Below are positions 12,156-28,926 of a DNA stretch of 64,000 nt, piece after piece. Within the stretch, counting starts at the first letter, position 1; each line of letters opens with the position of its first letter. The stretch is from Vitrella brassicaformis CCMP3155 (lineage: Eukaryota; Protista; Chromerida), in NCBI GenBank assembly GCA_001179505.1, contig CDMY01000562.1:248001-312000 (forward strand), written 5' to 3'. The position numbers and the translations under genes were made by a program. A model generated the notes under the pieces. It was not told where the DNA came from and ran no database searches. It saw nothing but the letters and a program-made list of their open reading frames with translations.

Positions 12156-13414
12156 ACACTGACTGTCACCACACTGAGAGAAGTATGGACCTACCTAAGC
12201 CATCGAAGATAGGGGAGATCAACTCCTGCGCACTGCACTCCCGCTGTGTGTGGTGTGGTGTGCGGCCAGATAAGTGCCGGTGAGGAGCTGTGCATCTCGT
12301 ACATCGATTGCTCTCTGCCTCTGGCGAGTCGGCAGGAGAAGCTGATGCACTACTTGTTTGTGTGCGAGTGCCCCAAGTGCCTCGAGCAACGCGGGATCCA
12401 GCTAGAGGGCCATAAGGCACAGACGTCAAGCTAGGAGTGGGGGTGACGGATGTGATTGACATCCGGGAAGCTTTCGTGTGTGTATAACTATGATGTGGAC
12501 AGAGTGCGGGATTTCGCTCGCTGCCTTGGGTCTAAGGGCGGCCACCGATGGATGGATGGATGGATGTCAGGGATGGATGTCTGTCCGGTCCATGGCTGAC
12601 TGCTAGGTACACTTTCCTTTCCGCACAGACAAACTGACAGACAGCCATTCCATTCCATTCACACTAGTTACCACAGCCAGCCAACCAGACGGTCCATGCG
12701 TCCTGCCCCGTATCACCCACACACCACACCCCCACCCATCGCCCCGTCCGGCTGGCTACACGGCTGTCGGCCCGGCCCCATCAATCATTCGATTTGTGCT
12801 GCGTCGTTGAGTTTGGTGCACGTCTCCTCGAGCAGCCGCAGCAAAGTCTCCTCCGTAGCCTCACGCTCCTGACGCTCCTGTGGGTAAGCATAGGATACGT
12901 GTGTTGACAAACAACCAGCCGAGAGGGGGAGGGGGAGGGGGAGGGGGAGTGGAACGGAATGGCATGTGTGTGTTGGTCAATCGGATGTGCGGTTCGGTGG
13001 GGTAGGTGCGTACCAGTGCGATTTCGTGCCTGACTTTGGCGACTACGTCCTCGACCAGCTTGTACACTTCTTCCTCCATGACCCTCCTGCAGCAGCAATC
13101 AATTGAGACACACACCGCAAGTAGAAGTTGTGTGGCATGTGTGTGATGTGACGTGACATGACGTCCACCCACTCCCCCACCTGGCATGTTCCTCGTCGTG
13201 CAGCTGCTGCCGCAGCCGACTGATCTCATCCATGGCGCTGCCCAACAAACTGAGATACAGAGGGGGAGGGAGGGAGGGAGGGATGGTGTGGTGTGGTGTG
13301 TGGAGCGTTGATTGCTCGCTCTCCTGTCTCATAAACAAAATCCGTCTCTCCCCTTTCACTGCTGCACTCCTTTCCCTCATTGTTTCCCGACTGACCGACC
13401 GTTGTTCCATGGCC
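12156..13414. repeat. 1.26-kb exact direct duplicate (copy 2) starting at the gap end
   Basis: Identical to 10597-11855. Confidence 0.95.
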
Positions 13415-14829
13415 TCCCGCTGCGCGGTCTCATCGCGCAGCGACGAACACAACTTGGGGATATCCGCCTGCAGCGCACAGCCAGTGGATGGATGGAGGGA
13501 TGGATGGATGCAGCCGTACGCACACCTCTACTCTAGACAGACATGTGTATCGGTTTGGTGCTTGGGTGGGGTGGGTTGAGGTGGCTGACCTCTAGGTAGT
13601 TCCTTAGTTGCTCCTGGCTGGCCTCGCGGCTCTTCTTCTCGGACAACATGGCCTCACTGCACACACACTCGACAAACAGACACACACACACACACACATG
13701 CATTCGTGTGTTTGTTCAGGGAGAGGGGAGAATAGGGTGTGGTGTGGTGTTGTGGCCGGCCCTTGCTGGGCTGCTTAGCTTACGAGAGTGCTTTGGTCTT
13801 GTGTTCGATAGTGTGTATGAGCCGTTTCTCGGTCTCCCGCAGGGCCGCCTGCTCCTCCTCCAACATCTCACTAATGCTGCAGCACGCCGCATTGCAGACA
13901 GACAGACAGACAGACAAGTGGAAATCCACACATGACGTGTGCCTGTGTCCCCTCCCCAGACCCACCGCTTGTCAACTCCCTCTATGGCCTCCTGCTTGCG
14001 CACTGGGGAAACACGTAAGCACACATACAAACAAGTACACAGAGAGTGAAACGGAAAGGCCACACGGGAAGGACTTGTCTGTCTGCCCTGTGTGCGGTGC
14101 GCCTTCAACCGTCCGTACGGTTGAGGTCCTCTAGGGCCTGACGCTGCTGCTCGATGTCAGCCTGGAACTGACTCATCTGATCGAATCAATGGGAGGACAG
14201 ATGGATGGATGGACGGATGGATGGATGAAACGCATCCGCCCGCCCACTGTCCCACCTCCACCTACCTGTTCTTTGATTTGGTTGATCTTCTTGGTCGCCG
14301 TTTCCGACGAATGCACCACACGCTCGTCGAGAGCCTTCAACCGGGTCTGCAATTGCTGAAGGAACAAAAGGAGAGATTCATACGGGCATCCATCCATCCA
14401 TCCATCCATCCTGGTGCCCTTTCTGTCTGTCCTCACCTCAAACCGCGACTGGCGCTCCATCTCCAAACCTACAAAAGACGGATACACGGTCCGATCCATG
14501 CAGCACACCATGATGATGCAGAGATCTGGCTCACTCCCTGACTCACCAGCGTGGAGCCCCGACAGCCGCTGCGAGAGCTTGTGTATCCTCTCCTGGTGCG
14601 CTGACACGACAGATGCGCCGGTGGATGAGGGCGTGTTGGTGCCGCCCGTCCCTATGACGTGGGTCTGGGTGTGGGGGATGGTCGTGCCGGGCACGGGAGG
14701 CGGCCGGCCGCGAGCGCTGGACGGCGGCAGGCCCTGCGGGGATGATCCGTGGTGGTGCGGCTGCTCATCCCACTGATGGGAGTCGCGGGAACGCTCGCGA
14801 GCCTCTCTTGCATCGTAGCTGTGGCGCAT
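12785..14829 (-). CDS. SF-assemblin / beta-giardin family striated-fibre protein
   Basis: Pro/His-rich head, then ~10 coiled-coil exons joined in phase (QLQTRLKALDERV..., ADIPKLCSSLRDETAQREAMEQR, RVMEEEVYKLVEDVVAKVRHEIAL). The terminal exon ERQEREATEETLLRLLEETCTKLNDAAQIE* matches the SFA C-terminal signature. The 3' exons are also duplicated at 11226-11855. Confidence 0.8.
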
Positions 14830-15222
14830 CCTACGTGAAACCACGTTTCCTTTAGTAACGCCGGAACCACCAAATTTGCAACACTTGGGGTGTTGCACGG
14901 GGGCTGTTAATGCCGCACTTACAGCAGCAGCTGGACAGTTGGGCACTCCACGGAGAATGGACAGAAGACGGGAGGAGAACGTGTCATGTCGTGGGCCAAG
15001 CAGGGGCCCGGTCGCTTGCACTGCCTGGTTGCCCCGTGATTGAGGCCTCTCTCCTCTTTCTCAGACGGTCATTGACGTAAGTGACAGACACATCGTCATT
15101 GATCGGTGATTCGCCGCCCTCTGCCTGCCACCTCAGTGCACTCGATTGTGTACGCACCCATCATGCATGTCGTGGCTATGCTGTCTTGTCCAAGACTTGT
15201 GGTGTGCTGTCTTGTCTTTGGC

Positions 15223-15837
15223 CTAGTCCTCCTCCTCCTCCGTCCAACACGTGCACCCCTTGGATCCCGTCCACGCACACTCGCCGCTGAAGCCGTCCTT
15301 AGTCTTGCAGTCCTGAAATTCGCACTCAGCCCTTGAGAGTCCCTCACAGGCGACACACGTCGTCATGCGGCCTACATGGACACATATACACACATACAAG
15401 ATGCATGTATTCGGGTGGGCAGTGAACAGGCATACCGGTGTCTCCCAGGTGGGCAGGGGGCTGGGCCGGGGTGTGTGAGACCATCGCCTTCGGGGCTGGA
15501 TTTGACAAAGGGACGGAGGAAGGGGGAGGGGACAATGTGTGCAGCTGGATGGGGGAACTGTATGTATGTGCGAGGCTCCCTTCTGGACTCCAGTCACCTA
15601 CCGGCGTGTCGCTTCAGAAGTGCCGACAGCCGAGCAGAGGGAACTGCACAGTCCAGTCACCTACCGGCGTGTCGCTTCAGAAGTGCCGATAGCTGCGATT
15701 GATTTCTCACCGTGCTGGTGCAAAGCTGTGTCGATGTGCTGGCGACGCGTACTGGTGGCCGTCACGCACAGGGCGATGGCACCGACGGCCACACACAGGG
15801 CGAGACAGGCAGAACGGCCCCTCATCTCTGCACTCAT
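15223..15837 (-). CDS. Secreted Cys-rich peptide gene, copy A (signal + pro-exon(s) + defensin-like module)
   Basis: Phase-1 exons: MSAEMRGRSACLALCVAVGAIALCVTATSTRRQHIDTALHQH / xPSARLSALLKRHA / APKAMVSHTPAQPPAHLGDT / GRMTTCVACEGLSRAECEFQDCKTKDGFSGECAWTGSKGCTCWTEEEED*. Confidence 0.7.
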
Positions 15838-16063
15838 CCCAGACAGACAGACAAAAGACAGACCAAGGGACACACACAGCAAAGAGGAAGTCGTTCAGTC
15901 ACGCCTGCTGCAGCTGTCAGTCTGTCTGTCCGCTTGCCTGTTGTGACTCTTGTGCGTTGAGACGGAGGCTCAGCGCTCGGGACGTCGAACCGAATGAATA
16001 GATGGATGGATGGATGGTTTTGACGAAAGATTCAGAATCACTCGACGCACCGGAACGGGATGG
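15560..16063. repeat. 5' block (upstream region, signal exon, pro-exon) shared by peptide genes A, B (~17780-18281, direct) and C (~28722-29200, inverted)
   Basis: Near-identical sequence visible by eye, e.g. gacgtcgaaccgaatgaatagatggatgg and gtgtcgcttcagaagtgccga. Confidence 0.9.
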
Positions 16064-16532
16064 NNNNNNNNNNNNNNNNNNNNNNNNNNNNNNNNNNNNN
16101 NNNNNNNNNNNNNNNNNNNNNNNNNNNNNNNNNNNNNNNNNNNNNNNNNNNNNNNNNNNNNNNNNNNNNNNNNNNNNNNNNNNNNNNNNNNNNNNNNNNN
16201 NNNNNNNNNNNNNNNNNNNNNNNNNNNNNNNNNNNNNNNNNNNNNNNNNNNNNNNNNNNNNNNNNNNNNNNNNNNNNNNNNNNNNNNNNNNNNNNNNNNN
16301 NNNNNNNNNNNNNNNNNNNNNNNNNNNNNNNNNNNNNNNNNNNNNNNNNNNNNNNNNNNNNNNACAGCGCAGACGTCCCTTTCTCGTTGCATGCGCAACA
16401 GGGGGGCCCGCCGCCGTCTCGCGGGATGAGGGTAGGTGGAGGGGGTTGGGTGTAGTCCGATACACGCTCGCTCATTCGAAAAGGAGGAGAAACAGCCGAG
16501 AAATCACCAACTCAATCATGGGGGGTAAGTAA

Positions 16533-17790
<1,258 letters not shown>

Positions 17791-18351
17791 TGTGCGAGGC
17801 TCCGGTCTGTCCAGTCACCTACCGGCGTGTCGCTTCAGAAGTGCCGATAGCCGAGCAGAGGGAACTGCACATTGCAATGCTGACTGATTCACGCATGGGT
17901 GCCGGTGTGAAAGCTGCGATTTCTCACCGTGCTGGTGCAAAGCTGTGTCGATGTGCTGGCGATGCGTAGTGGTGGCCGTCACGCACAGGGCGATGGCACC
18001 GACGGCCACACACAGGGCGAGACACGCAGAACGGCCAATCATCTCTGCACTCATCCCAGACAGACAGACAAAAGACAGACCAAGGGACACACACAGCAAA
18101 GAGGAAGTCGTTCAGTCACGCCTGCTGCAGCTGTCAGTCTGTCTGTCCGCTTGCCTGTTGTGACTCTTGTGCGTTGAGACGGGGGCTCAGCGCTCGGGGA
18201 CGTCGAACCGAATGAATAGATGGATGGATGGATGGTTTTGACGAAAGATTCAGAATCACTCGACGCACCGGAACGGGATGGAATCTCTACGAAGAGCGTG
18301 GGGGCGTGATGCATGTGCGAGCTCAGTCGCACTGCAAGCTCAACGTTTTGA

Positions 18352-20779
<2,428 letters not shown>

Positions 20780-21042
20780 TGGCGGTCAGCGACGGCCTGC
20801 CTGCCTGCCTGCCTGTGTGGATGGAAGGGTGCGAGAGGAGCAGTGTAGTCAGAATGCATTCACTCCATTCATGGAGGGATGACCGGAGCCCCTTGGCTGT
20901 TGCTAGATAGCTCGTGCCGCGCCTGTTTTCTGCTCGTGGGCGTCTGTGTGCTTACGTGTGCATGGGCTAATGGCCGTGCCGAGGCCGTATCTCTGGTCGC
21001 CGTGAGGGGGATTTAGAGAGGGATGTGTGTGTATCTAGAGAC

Positions 21043-21894
21043 TCAACCCTGTCTACTCCCTGAACGAGGAACGCCATTCACTCGTCCGTCCATCCATCCA
21101 TCCATTCCATTCACTTGCCCCCTCCGTCCCCGCCGTGCATTTGTCTCAATTGAGTATTCCACACTAGCCACGCGAACACAGATATCGAAACTACCACCTT
21201 CGACCATGTCTGCATATAAGGCGAAGTCACAAAAGCGATAAACAGCTGCGTCAGCGACTGAGTGCTGAACACGTCGGCAGTGGGGAGTAGCCACGGAGGG
21301 GGAGGTCTGGGGCTGGGGGTCACATTCACGGCCGTGGTCTGTTCTCTTGGAGGGGCGTTCTGTTCGCCGTCCCCAGAGTGGATGGAGGGTGCTGATGCTG
21401 ACCTTGTCACCGTGCAGGCACAAGCTGCAGGCACGCAGGTGAGTGCGTATGTGCGCGAGACATCGGTGATTGATTTTGCTAACACGTCTGAGACTCCTTG
21501 GGGCTTTCAGACTCTTTGCAATCATGGAACAGAGTGTCTGCACGCACACAGCCAGAGGGTTGCCAGCCAGCGCTGCGTCCCCCCCCCCCTCTGTGTGCTT
21601 ACCTTCTTTTTTCTCCTTCGGTGTCTCGCGATGTGTCACACCACCAGGCGCACTGGTGCATCCAACCGGGGACAGAGTGGCCACGGCATCCTTCCCCCGG
21701 GCACACAGCTCCCGCACGACGACTATCGGCAGCTTCTGAGCCGCCAAGTCTTCCGGAACGGCAGCGGCGAGGGTTCGCACATTTCTGACGCAGAGCGCCC
21801 GGAGCGCCCGGGTGAAGACCGTCCGCTCCTTTTGAGTGACCCCCAGCTCATCGAATATGGGCACGCAGAAGTCCTCCAGGCTTTGTTCAGCCAT
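21043..21894 (-). CDS. ORF with an N-terminal SAM-like helical domain followed by low-confidence sequence (possibly a degenerate gene)
   Basis: ATG 21894: MAEQSLEDFCVPIFDELGVTQKERTVFTRALRALCVRNVRTLAAAVPEDLAAQKLPIVVVRELC resembles a SAM fold. The remainder has no recognisable domain. Confidence 0.4.
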   Translation of the reverse strand: MAEQSLEDFCVPIFDELGVTQKERTVFTRALRALCVRNVRTLAAAVPEDLAAQKLPIVVVRELCARGKDAVATLSPVGCTSAPGGVTHRETPKEKKEGKHTEGGGDAALAGNPLAVCVQTLCSMIAKSLKAPRSLRRVSKINHRCLAHIRTHLRACSLCLHGDKVSISTLHPLWGRRTERPSKRTDHGRECDPQPQTSPSVATPHCRRVQHSVADAAVYRFCDFALYADMVEGGSFDICVRVASVEYSIETNARRGRRGQVNGMDGWMDGRVNGVPRSGSRQG

Positions 21895-21994
21895 TTTCTT
21901 CAGAGACTGGGGGCCTTGGGGGCGCCTTTGCGATCTCGACGCGTCGAGCTGTCTTAAGAATCCATGGGACCAGCAGCGGAATCAAGGGAAGTGC

Positions 21995-22965
21995 ATGCAT
22001 GAGATGGTGACACGACAGGCAGGGCGTCGCGAGTCGCCTCACCAGCCCCACCGCAGGCCTCCCCGCCCCTCACCCTACCCTCAGCCTCAATCGCACCCCA
22101 GGCTGCGGCACGAGCGAAGCCCACCACGGCAGATTGGACCACATCCGGCTGCTGCGGGCAGGGACACCACCAGGGAGATCGGCAGGGACACTGCTGCTGC
22201 GGGAAGGGGCGGAGGGATCATCCCCATCAGCAGCATCGACATGCGGATAGCGATGGATAGGGCGAGGTATCAAGACGCGGCAGAGCTACTCACGCCCATA
22301 AAGATGGTAGCAAAGACTGAGTGAATGCTGACATGCTTGTCTCTGCCCCTTGCTCCGTCGCCTGCTGTTTGTTTGTCGGATGAAGACCGCTCATCGTCGT
22401 GAGCAGATGCAGCAGCATCTGGGGGAGGGAGGAGGGATGGCCATGAGGACAACAGACGACAGGGAAAGGGACGCGGGGCCACCGGTGATCCTGCTGCAGC
22501 CGGCTGCGCCGGATATCAACCTGGACGAGATGGTCTTCATCGGGACACTATTTAAGAAGAGTGAATGAGCAGAGGCTAGCCAGACACACACGATGAGACC
22601 GACATCCCCCCTCTCTCTCTGTGTCTGTCTGTCTGTCTGTCTGTCTGTCCGTTAATGTGTGCATGTAGGTCGTTCTTACCGCATGAAGAAGATGCTTCAC
22701 CCGCACAGTCTGAGCATCTTGGTCGTCAGTGAGATACCTCTCGTGTCCAGGGAACTGAGGTCAAGCACACATGGCTGATGTGGTCGATCTCGATGGATCA
22801 ATGAATCATCTCGTTCAGGGCGAGCCTTTCTCGTTGGGTGAGCAAGTGGCAGCACCTGCAGAGGCTCTCGCCCGCGTTCATCGGTCAGGTGAAAACACTG
22901 GCTGACTGCACAAACGCCATACTGTCAATCAAGTGCCTGCACGCCTCCTCAATCATTGGTCCTTG

Positions 22966-22996
<31 letters not shown>

Positions 22997-25946
22997 GTAC
23001 CTTCATTGATCTGTCCGTCATCCAGCTGTGCATGGCATGGCGGTGAATCAGCCCGAGGCGCATGCGTCGGTCGTCACAGAGTACATGGAAGCCGGGTCTC
23101 TTGACGCGCTCAACCAGGTCGTCGGAGGTATGCTCACGCATGACCCGTGGAGGGATTGAAGGCACACCCTCTGTCTCTTTCTTTATCTCTGCTGTTGCAT
23201 TGTCACAGGCCTTCCCGAGCTCTGCTTGCGCGAGCTGTGTCTGCCGCTGCTCACTGTACGCTAAGGGAAGAAGCAAAGAGTATTGCTCTGTGATTCTCGG
23301 TGTGTAGGCTCTGGACGTGCTTCATCGTGAGTGCCGTTCTCTGCACGGTGGCCTGACAACGTCCCAGGTGCTGTTCGACCACAAGGCGAACAGCAAGCTT
23401 TCGCTGGGGCTCTCAACACGAGTTGCACTGCAAACAGAGTGTAAGTCGGTGGGTTGGGTGCAGGGACACGCCGGACCAGACCCACTGTATGTGTGTCTCT
23501 TCGTCGCTTTGTGTCTCTATCTATGATGTGCACAGCGCGTGACACGGCGCAGGTGAGTGCCGCTTCGCCTGCGGAGGGAGCCGGGGCCGTGGGCGATGCG
23601 CGCAGAAGGCACAGATACTCAAAGGGACCCACCGTCCGAAACATCGCTGTGAGCATGCCTCGGATGAAATGAATGAGCGCTGATCATTCACGTCTTTGAC
23701 TGCCTTGTGCAGGAGGCTGAGTCAGAAGGCGAGAAGTCGCATCGACAGGCGGGACCTCCAAACTCACTCCACTCGGGTGGTCCGAATGCCGACGACCCAG
23801 GTGCAGCAGACAGGTCAGCACAGCAACAAGGACGAGACAGAATCATCCTCTTCATTCAATGCGCGATGGATCATGTCAGCTCGCTCCAACAGCAGCTGTC
23901 CATGTCTCATTCCCCGTCCGCGCCAGCCCTCCCCATGCCCAGCGAGATGCAGACGCTCCGCCTGTCCAACCTGACCCAGACACCCCCAATGGGCCGCCTT
24001 CATGAAGTCGACATCTTCGACCTGGGTCTGCTGCTGCTGGCAACGGCTGTGGGAGGGTATGACGTGTTGCTACACCACGTGTCGAAGGTCCTGCCTCTCA
24101 AGGCGCAGATTGAGGCTGAGAGAAAGAGCAGGAAGGGGGGAAGAAGCCTCAGGGTGGAGGCGCGCAGACAGAGCAAGGGGGGACACCCTCCCGCGTAAGT
24201 GGGCGGCCGAGAAAGAAAGAAATGAACAATCGTCTTCAAGCTTCTTACCGACTGATTTGCAGGCCTCCCCGCCGGCCGCAAAACAAGCGGCCTGGCGAGC
24301 TGTCGCCTCAGTCGGATCCCCAGCCCTCCACAATGGGTACTGATGTGTCTGGCAAGCGGCGGTCGTACACCTATGGCGAGTACGGGGTGCAGTACTATGT
24401 GGCCATCGAGGCGCAAGACGAGGAGGTAAAAAATGCTGCCTGGCCGGCCGGCTGGCGGGTGGGCGGGCGGGACGAGATAAGACGGATGTCGATGGGTGTT
24501 TGTGTTCAGAGGCAGGAGGCGGGTGAGGAGGAGTCAATCGACGATGAGTCGGGTAAGCGGAGAGAGAAGGAGAAAGAACGAAAGTAGGATAGATCTTCTT
24601 CTTCTGAATGTTTTCGCTTTGATGCAGAGGATGAGTATGAGATAGCTCAGAGGAAGGGCCGACTGCAGATCTTCGACGAGAAGTACACACAAGGATGGCC
24701 ACACATGCCTCATTATGTCTCTGCCCGTCATATCTCTGTCAACAGAGACGGTCTGGACGAGAAGGCCTCGACGATGGGCATCCTGCTGGAGGAAGCATTT
24801 GCCGAGCAGCCGCCACCCCCTCCCCTGCCTCCGCCCCTCCCGTCGACCCCCCTACCCTTCACACCATCGCACCAGGGAAGCGTCGTGGGATTCACCAGCC
24901 TCCTGAGCGATCCCAGGATGTCACGGGATGACAACAGGTGCATAATACACTGCATATGAGTGTGACAATTGCTGAGAAGTGCATGTGTCTCTTGATTGTA
25001 TCGCTAGTGAGGCGCCGCTGCCCACCTCGCCCCCATTGGTGTCCACATCTGAGATGATCGACAGCACGCCTTTTCCCCCACCGACGTGCCCGTTTCCTGT
25101 CGGGGCGCCCTCGGATGGGGGAGGCCGACATGTCGCTGTACCGCACATAGACACGAGGCCGCCTGCTGCCCTGCCAGTGACCAGGAAAGGGCCGGTGCAG
25201 CTGCATCCAGGCATTCCCCCGATCAAGGTCAGTCGAGGCTTGTGAGACATGGAGAGACTGCGAACGCATTGGCGCTGTCTGTATTTCCCATGCGCAGGAT
25301 TTGCTGTTCAATCGGAGCTGCAGTGCAGGATTTGTAGACTTCCTGTCTCTGTGCTTATGCCACGACTCTGCGCTGCGACCGACGGCGGCTGAGCTGCTGC
25401 AGCACGAATGGATGAATGCCCCTCCCGAGGAGACACGTGGGCCGCGGGTAGGGCTGCTGGCGGGGGGCGGCTTGTTGATCCATGCTCCATTGGTTGTGTG
25501 TCTGCGTATTTTATGGGTGCAGCTATGTCTCTCCGAGTTGCTGGCCGTCAAGACTCAGCTCAGCACAACACCTTCACGCGGACTCAGGTGGGTCGAAGAC
25601 GCAAAGAGGTCGTCGCGGTCATAAACATGCCTCTCTCAATTCCCTCTTGTCTGCAGTCGGGTGATTCCCAACTCCACTGAGGTCTATCTGAATTGTCTGT
25701 CCCAGTGGCTCGCGCCCTTTTGGAACAAGCCACAGGTGCACACGACCAAGAGAGACGATTCCGCGAGAAGGAAGGAGATCCTGGTCTACGACACAGCCAT
25801 CACACTGGGGATGCCGCAGCAGGTGCATTTGTCTCAGTAGTCATGTTGGTTGGCACTCCTGCATATTCATCGTGTGCGGCTTTCAGGATGTGCGTGAAAT
25901 GCTGGAGGCGAAGATTCGGGAGCATCTGACGGGCGCGGGGAGGTGA
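21995..25946 (+). CDS. MAP2K/STE-like pseudokinase
   Basis: Kinase-fold segments SPAFIAVHGMAVNQPEAHASVVTEYMEAGSLDAL, GLPELCLRELCLPLL, ALDVLHRECRSLHGGLTTSQVLFDHKANSKLSLGL, VDIFDLGLLLLATAVG and DFLSLCLCHDSALRPTAAELLQHEWM. HRD is replaced by HGG and DFG by SLG. The ends are approximate. Confidence 0.75.
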
Positions 25947-26120
25947 CCGCGGGGGCCAAGTGAGGGTGAATCCATCGATTACGCAGGAAGGCTTTTTATG
26001 ATTCCAGTCCTGATCTCAGTGTGGCTTGTAGATAAGAGGGCTGGACTGACGTGAGGTACGTGAGAGAGAGGTGTGTAGACTCGTCGGTCTGCAGCCTGGG
26101 GACAGCTGGTGTAGCCATTG

Positions 26121-28019
26121 TCAAGAACTGTCCGCACGACAATGCATTTCTACGGCCACCTTCTTTGCAGCACCAGCAGCACCAGCAGCAGCACCGTCGA
26201 TGCCCCCCTGAGCCCTATCCGTTGTCTGATGGGGCTGTGTGTGTGTCTATCTGCCATGTCTGTCTATCTCACCCTCCTGCCCTCCATCGGGGCTGGCATC
26301 GTCAGTGTCTGCGGTGGACTGACGGGGCCCTCGCTGTGCAGCCCGCTGTGAGTCGACAGCAGCAGGCCTCTCAATCACCGGAGGCTGCTGAATGGAGACA
26401 GCTGCCTCGCCTGCATTGAATCAGAAATACAGGGGGCTTTGGCTTTCGGCGTTGATCGACCAATGAGACATGTGCGTCCATCCATGCCGATATGTACCTG
26501 ATGGGGGGAGCGTCCTGAAGGATGGAGTGTATATTGAGCTGAGGGGCTGGTGCTCACAAGTGTGATCGACACCTGGCAGCATCTCACCACTCTTGCCTTG
26601 ATCCTCCCCGTGCACCACTTCCACATGCAGATTGCTGAACGAGAATATCTGACAATACCCGCGAGACGCCTCTGCTGTGTTGGGGTGGGACTGATCCCCT
26701 GCCGCTGGCCCTCCCTCCTCCCTCAGCGGTATTGCGGAGCTCGGGCTATGGACCGTCGCTGCCTCCCCTTCGTCATTGGTTGGCGAGGCTACTTGTTCTT
26801 CCACAATAGAAGCCATTCTCGCGGGACGATCACTTGCTCTGGGGTAATGTCTCCTCGCAATGGGTGGACGGGGAAGGCATTCACGAGACAAAGGCCCATT
26901 GCGTCTTGCAGGGAAGGCTGCTACAGCCCCAGGGCTATACAATTGATAGGCGTGTGTCAGGGAGACGGGCGGTTGAGCAACAAAAGAACCACCAACACTA
27001 CCCATTGGCATTGGCAGATAGCTCATCGGCTGATAAGGAAGAGGAGGCCGAGGGTACAGGCAGGCTGGTGGGGCGTAGGACGCCGTCACGCGAAAGGGGA
27101 CAACGAATGGACCGGGCCGAAACATCGTGGGTCGAGAAGGCGGAAGGAAAGTCGAGACAGGCGCTGGCAGGTGAGGGATTCCCTCTGGGGGCATCGAAAC
27201 GGGGCGAGAAGAAACATACTGTCGCGCGACCGGCGGCTGATCCCGAGCCTCCACACACCGCACCTGCTTCAGGGGTGCCGTATCCTCTCTTGTGGCGCCT
27301 TTCGCCATGACTCTACGCGCCCTTCCGTCTGCCCGCCCGCCAACCACACCCAGAGTCGGCCACAAGTCAATCCGCCTGTGCGTGACATCAAGCGGCCCGA
27401 GCATCCTCTGCCGGAGAGGGGCAAGGGCCGCCCGCCTTGCGCCGATGTCATGGGACACCTGACGCCTCTTACCGGGCGTGTAGAAGCGTAGAGGCTCGAG
27501 TGAGGCAGGGGGCGGCGCCATAGTGACGGGGGGCCGTACAGGAGACTCGGCAGGCTTCCTCCTCCCCCTTTGTGGTGTCGCATAGTGCCAGGGCTCTCGG
27601 ACAGGCAGAAGCTTCGGTGGAAGCGAAGAGCCCCTCTCAACTGTTGGGTGCTGGTTGCTTCTGCGGCTGGACGGCCGCAACTTCCTGTTGTTTCTCTCTG
27701 GTGTCAACGCCCGCTTTATTGCCCCTGTGACCGACGATGCCAGCCACTCAAGCGGGGATTGCTGAGTACCGCAATCCACCTTTGGTTCGCGACTTCTCGG
27801 CCGAAGGGCGTCGTCGAGGCAGTGGTATGGCAGAGCCGCTTTGTACGGCCGGGGGACGGATGAAGTGCCGCCTGAAGGAGGAGGAAGAGTCCCTGGGGGA
27901 CGCCGCTTGTGCGTATGTGTCGAGTCACGAAGTGCTTCAGAATCTGCGGGCGAGTGCATCTCGCTGTCAGCCTCAGGATTCAGGGCGGGTTTCGAAGCTG
28001 GGCATGATGCACCTGCCAA
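26121..28019 (-). CDS. Pro/Arg/Ser-rich low-complexity hypothetical protein
   Basis: 532-codon ORF (26421-28019) plus plausible small downstream exons; no domain recognised and the exon structure is uncertain. Confidence 0.45.
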
Positions 28020-28926
28020 AGCACACGTGTCTCGAGTTGCGTCTCATGCCTCGGCGTCTCACGTACCGGGCGTGAATGGGGAAGGCGTTGTGACGGGTTG
28101 CGAGGGGAGAGGGGTCAGCGCATCAACCTCTGGCACACGCTGCAACACAAGAAAGACAACGAAGCAAATTGCAACGAAGATACAGGGAGTCCGACATCAT
28201 GATGGTGGTGTGAGTCGTTTCGAGCACCTGAATAGGCACGATACCCACAGGGGGAGGGGCACTGCTCGTCTCAAAGCCCCGACTATGCTGTCCTGCACTG
28301 CTCGCATCATCAAAATGCCCCACCGTCCTGAATGCGAGCTACGCACAACCGACCCATGCGCCCCCCCCCCCCCNNNNNNNNNNNNNNNNNNNNNNNNNNN
28401 NNNNNNNNNNNNNNNNNNNNNNNNNNNNNNNNNNNNNNNNNNNNNNNNNNNNNNNNNNNNNNNNNNNNNNNNNNNNNNNNNNNNNNNNNNNNNNNNNNNN
28501 NNNNNNNNNNNNNNNNNNNNNNNNNNNNNNNNNNNNNNNNNNNNNNNNNNNNNNNNNNNNNNNNNNNNNNNNNNNNNNNNNNNNNNNNNNNNNNNNNNNN
28601 NNNNNNNNNNNNNNNNNNNNNNNNNNNNNNNNNNNNNNNNNNNNNNNNNNNNNNNNNNNNNNNNNNNNNNNNNCCCCCCCCCCCCCTCTCTTCTTCGTTC
28701 ATCCCCTTTGTTTGGTACAATGAGTGATTCTGAACCTTTCGTCAAGCCATCCATCCATCCATCCATTCATTCGGTTCGACGTCCCGAGCGCTGAGCCCCC
28801 GTCTCAACGCACAAGAGTCACAACAGGCAAGCGGACAGACAGACTGACAGTCGCAGCAGGCGTGACTGGACGGCTTCCTCTTTGCTGTGTGTGTCCCTTG
28901 GTCTGTCTTTTGTCTGTCTGTCTGGG

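Noticed and set aside
10597-13414. Tandem duplication of the SET 3' end and SF-assemblin 3' exons
   Set aside because: The copies are 100% identical and abut an N-gap on both sides, the typical signature of unmerged contig overlap rather than biology.
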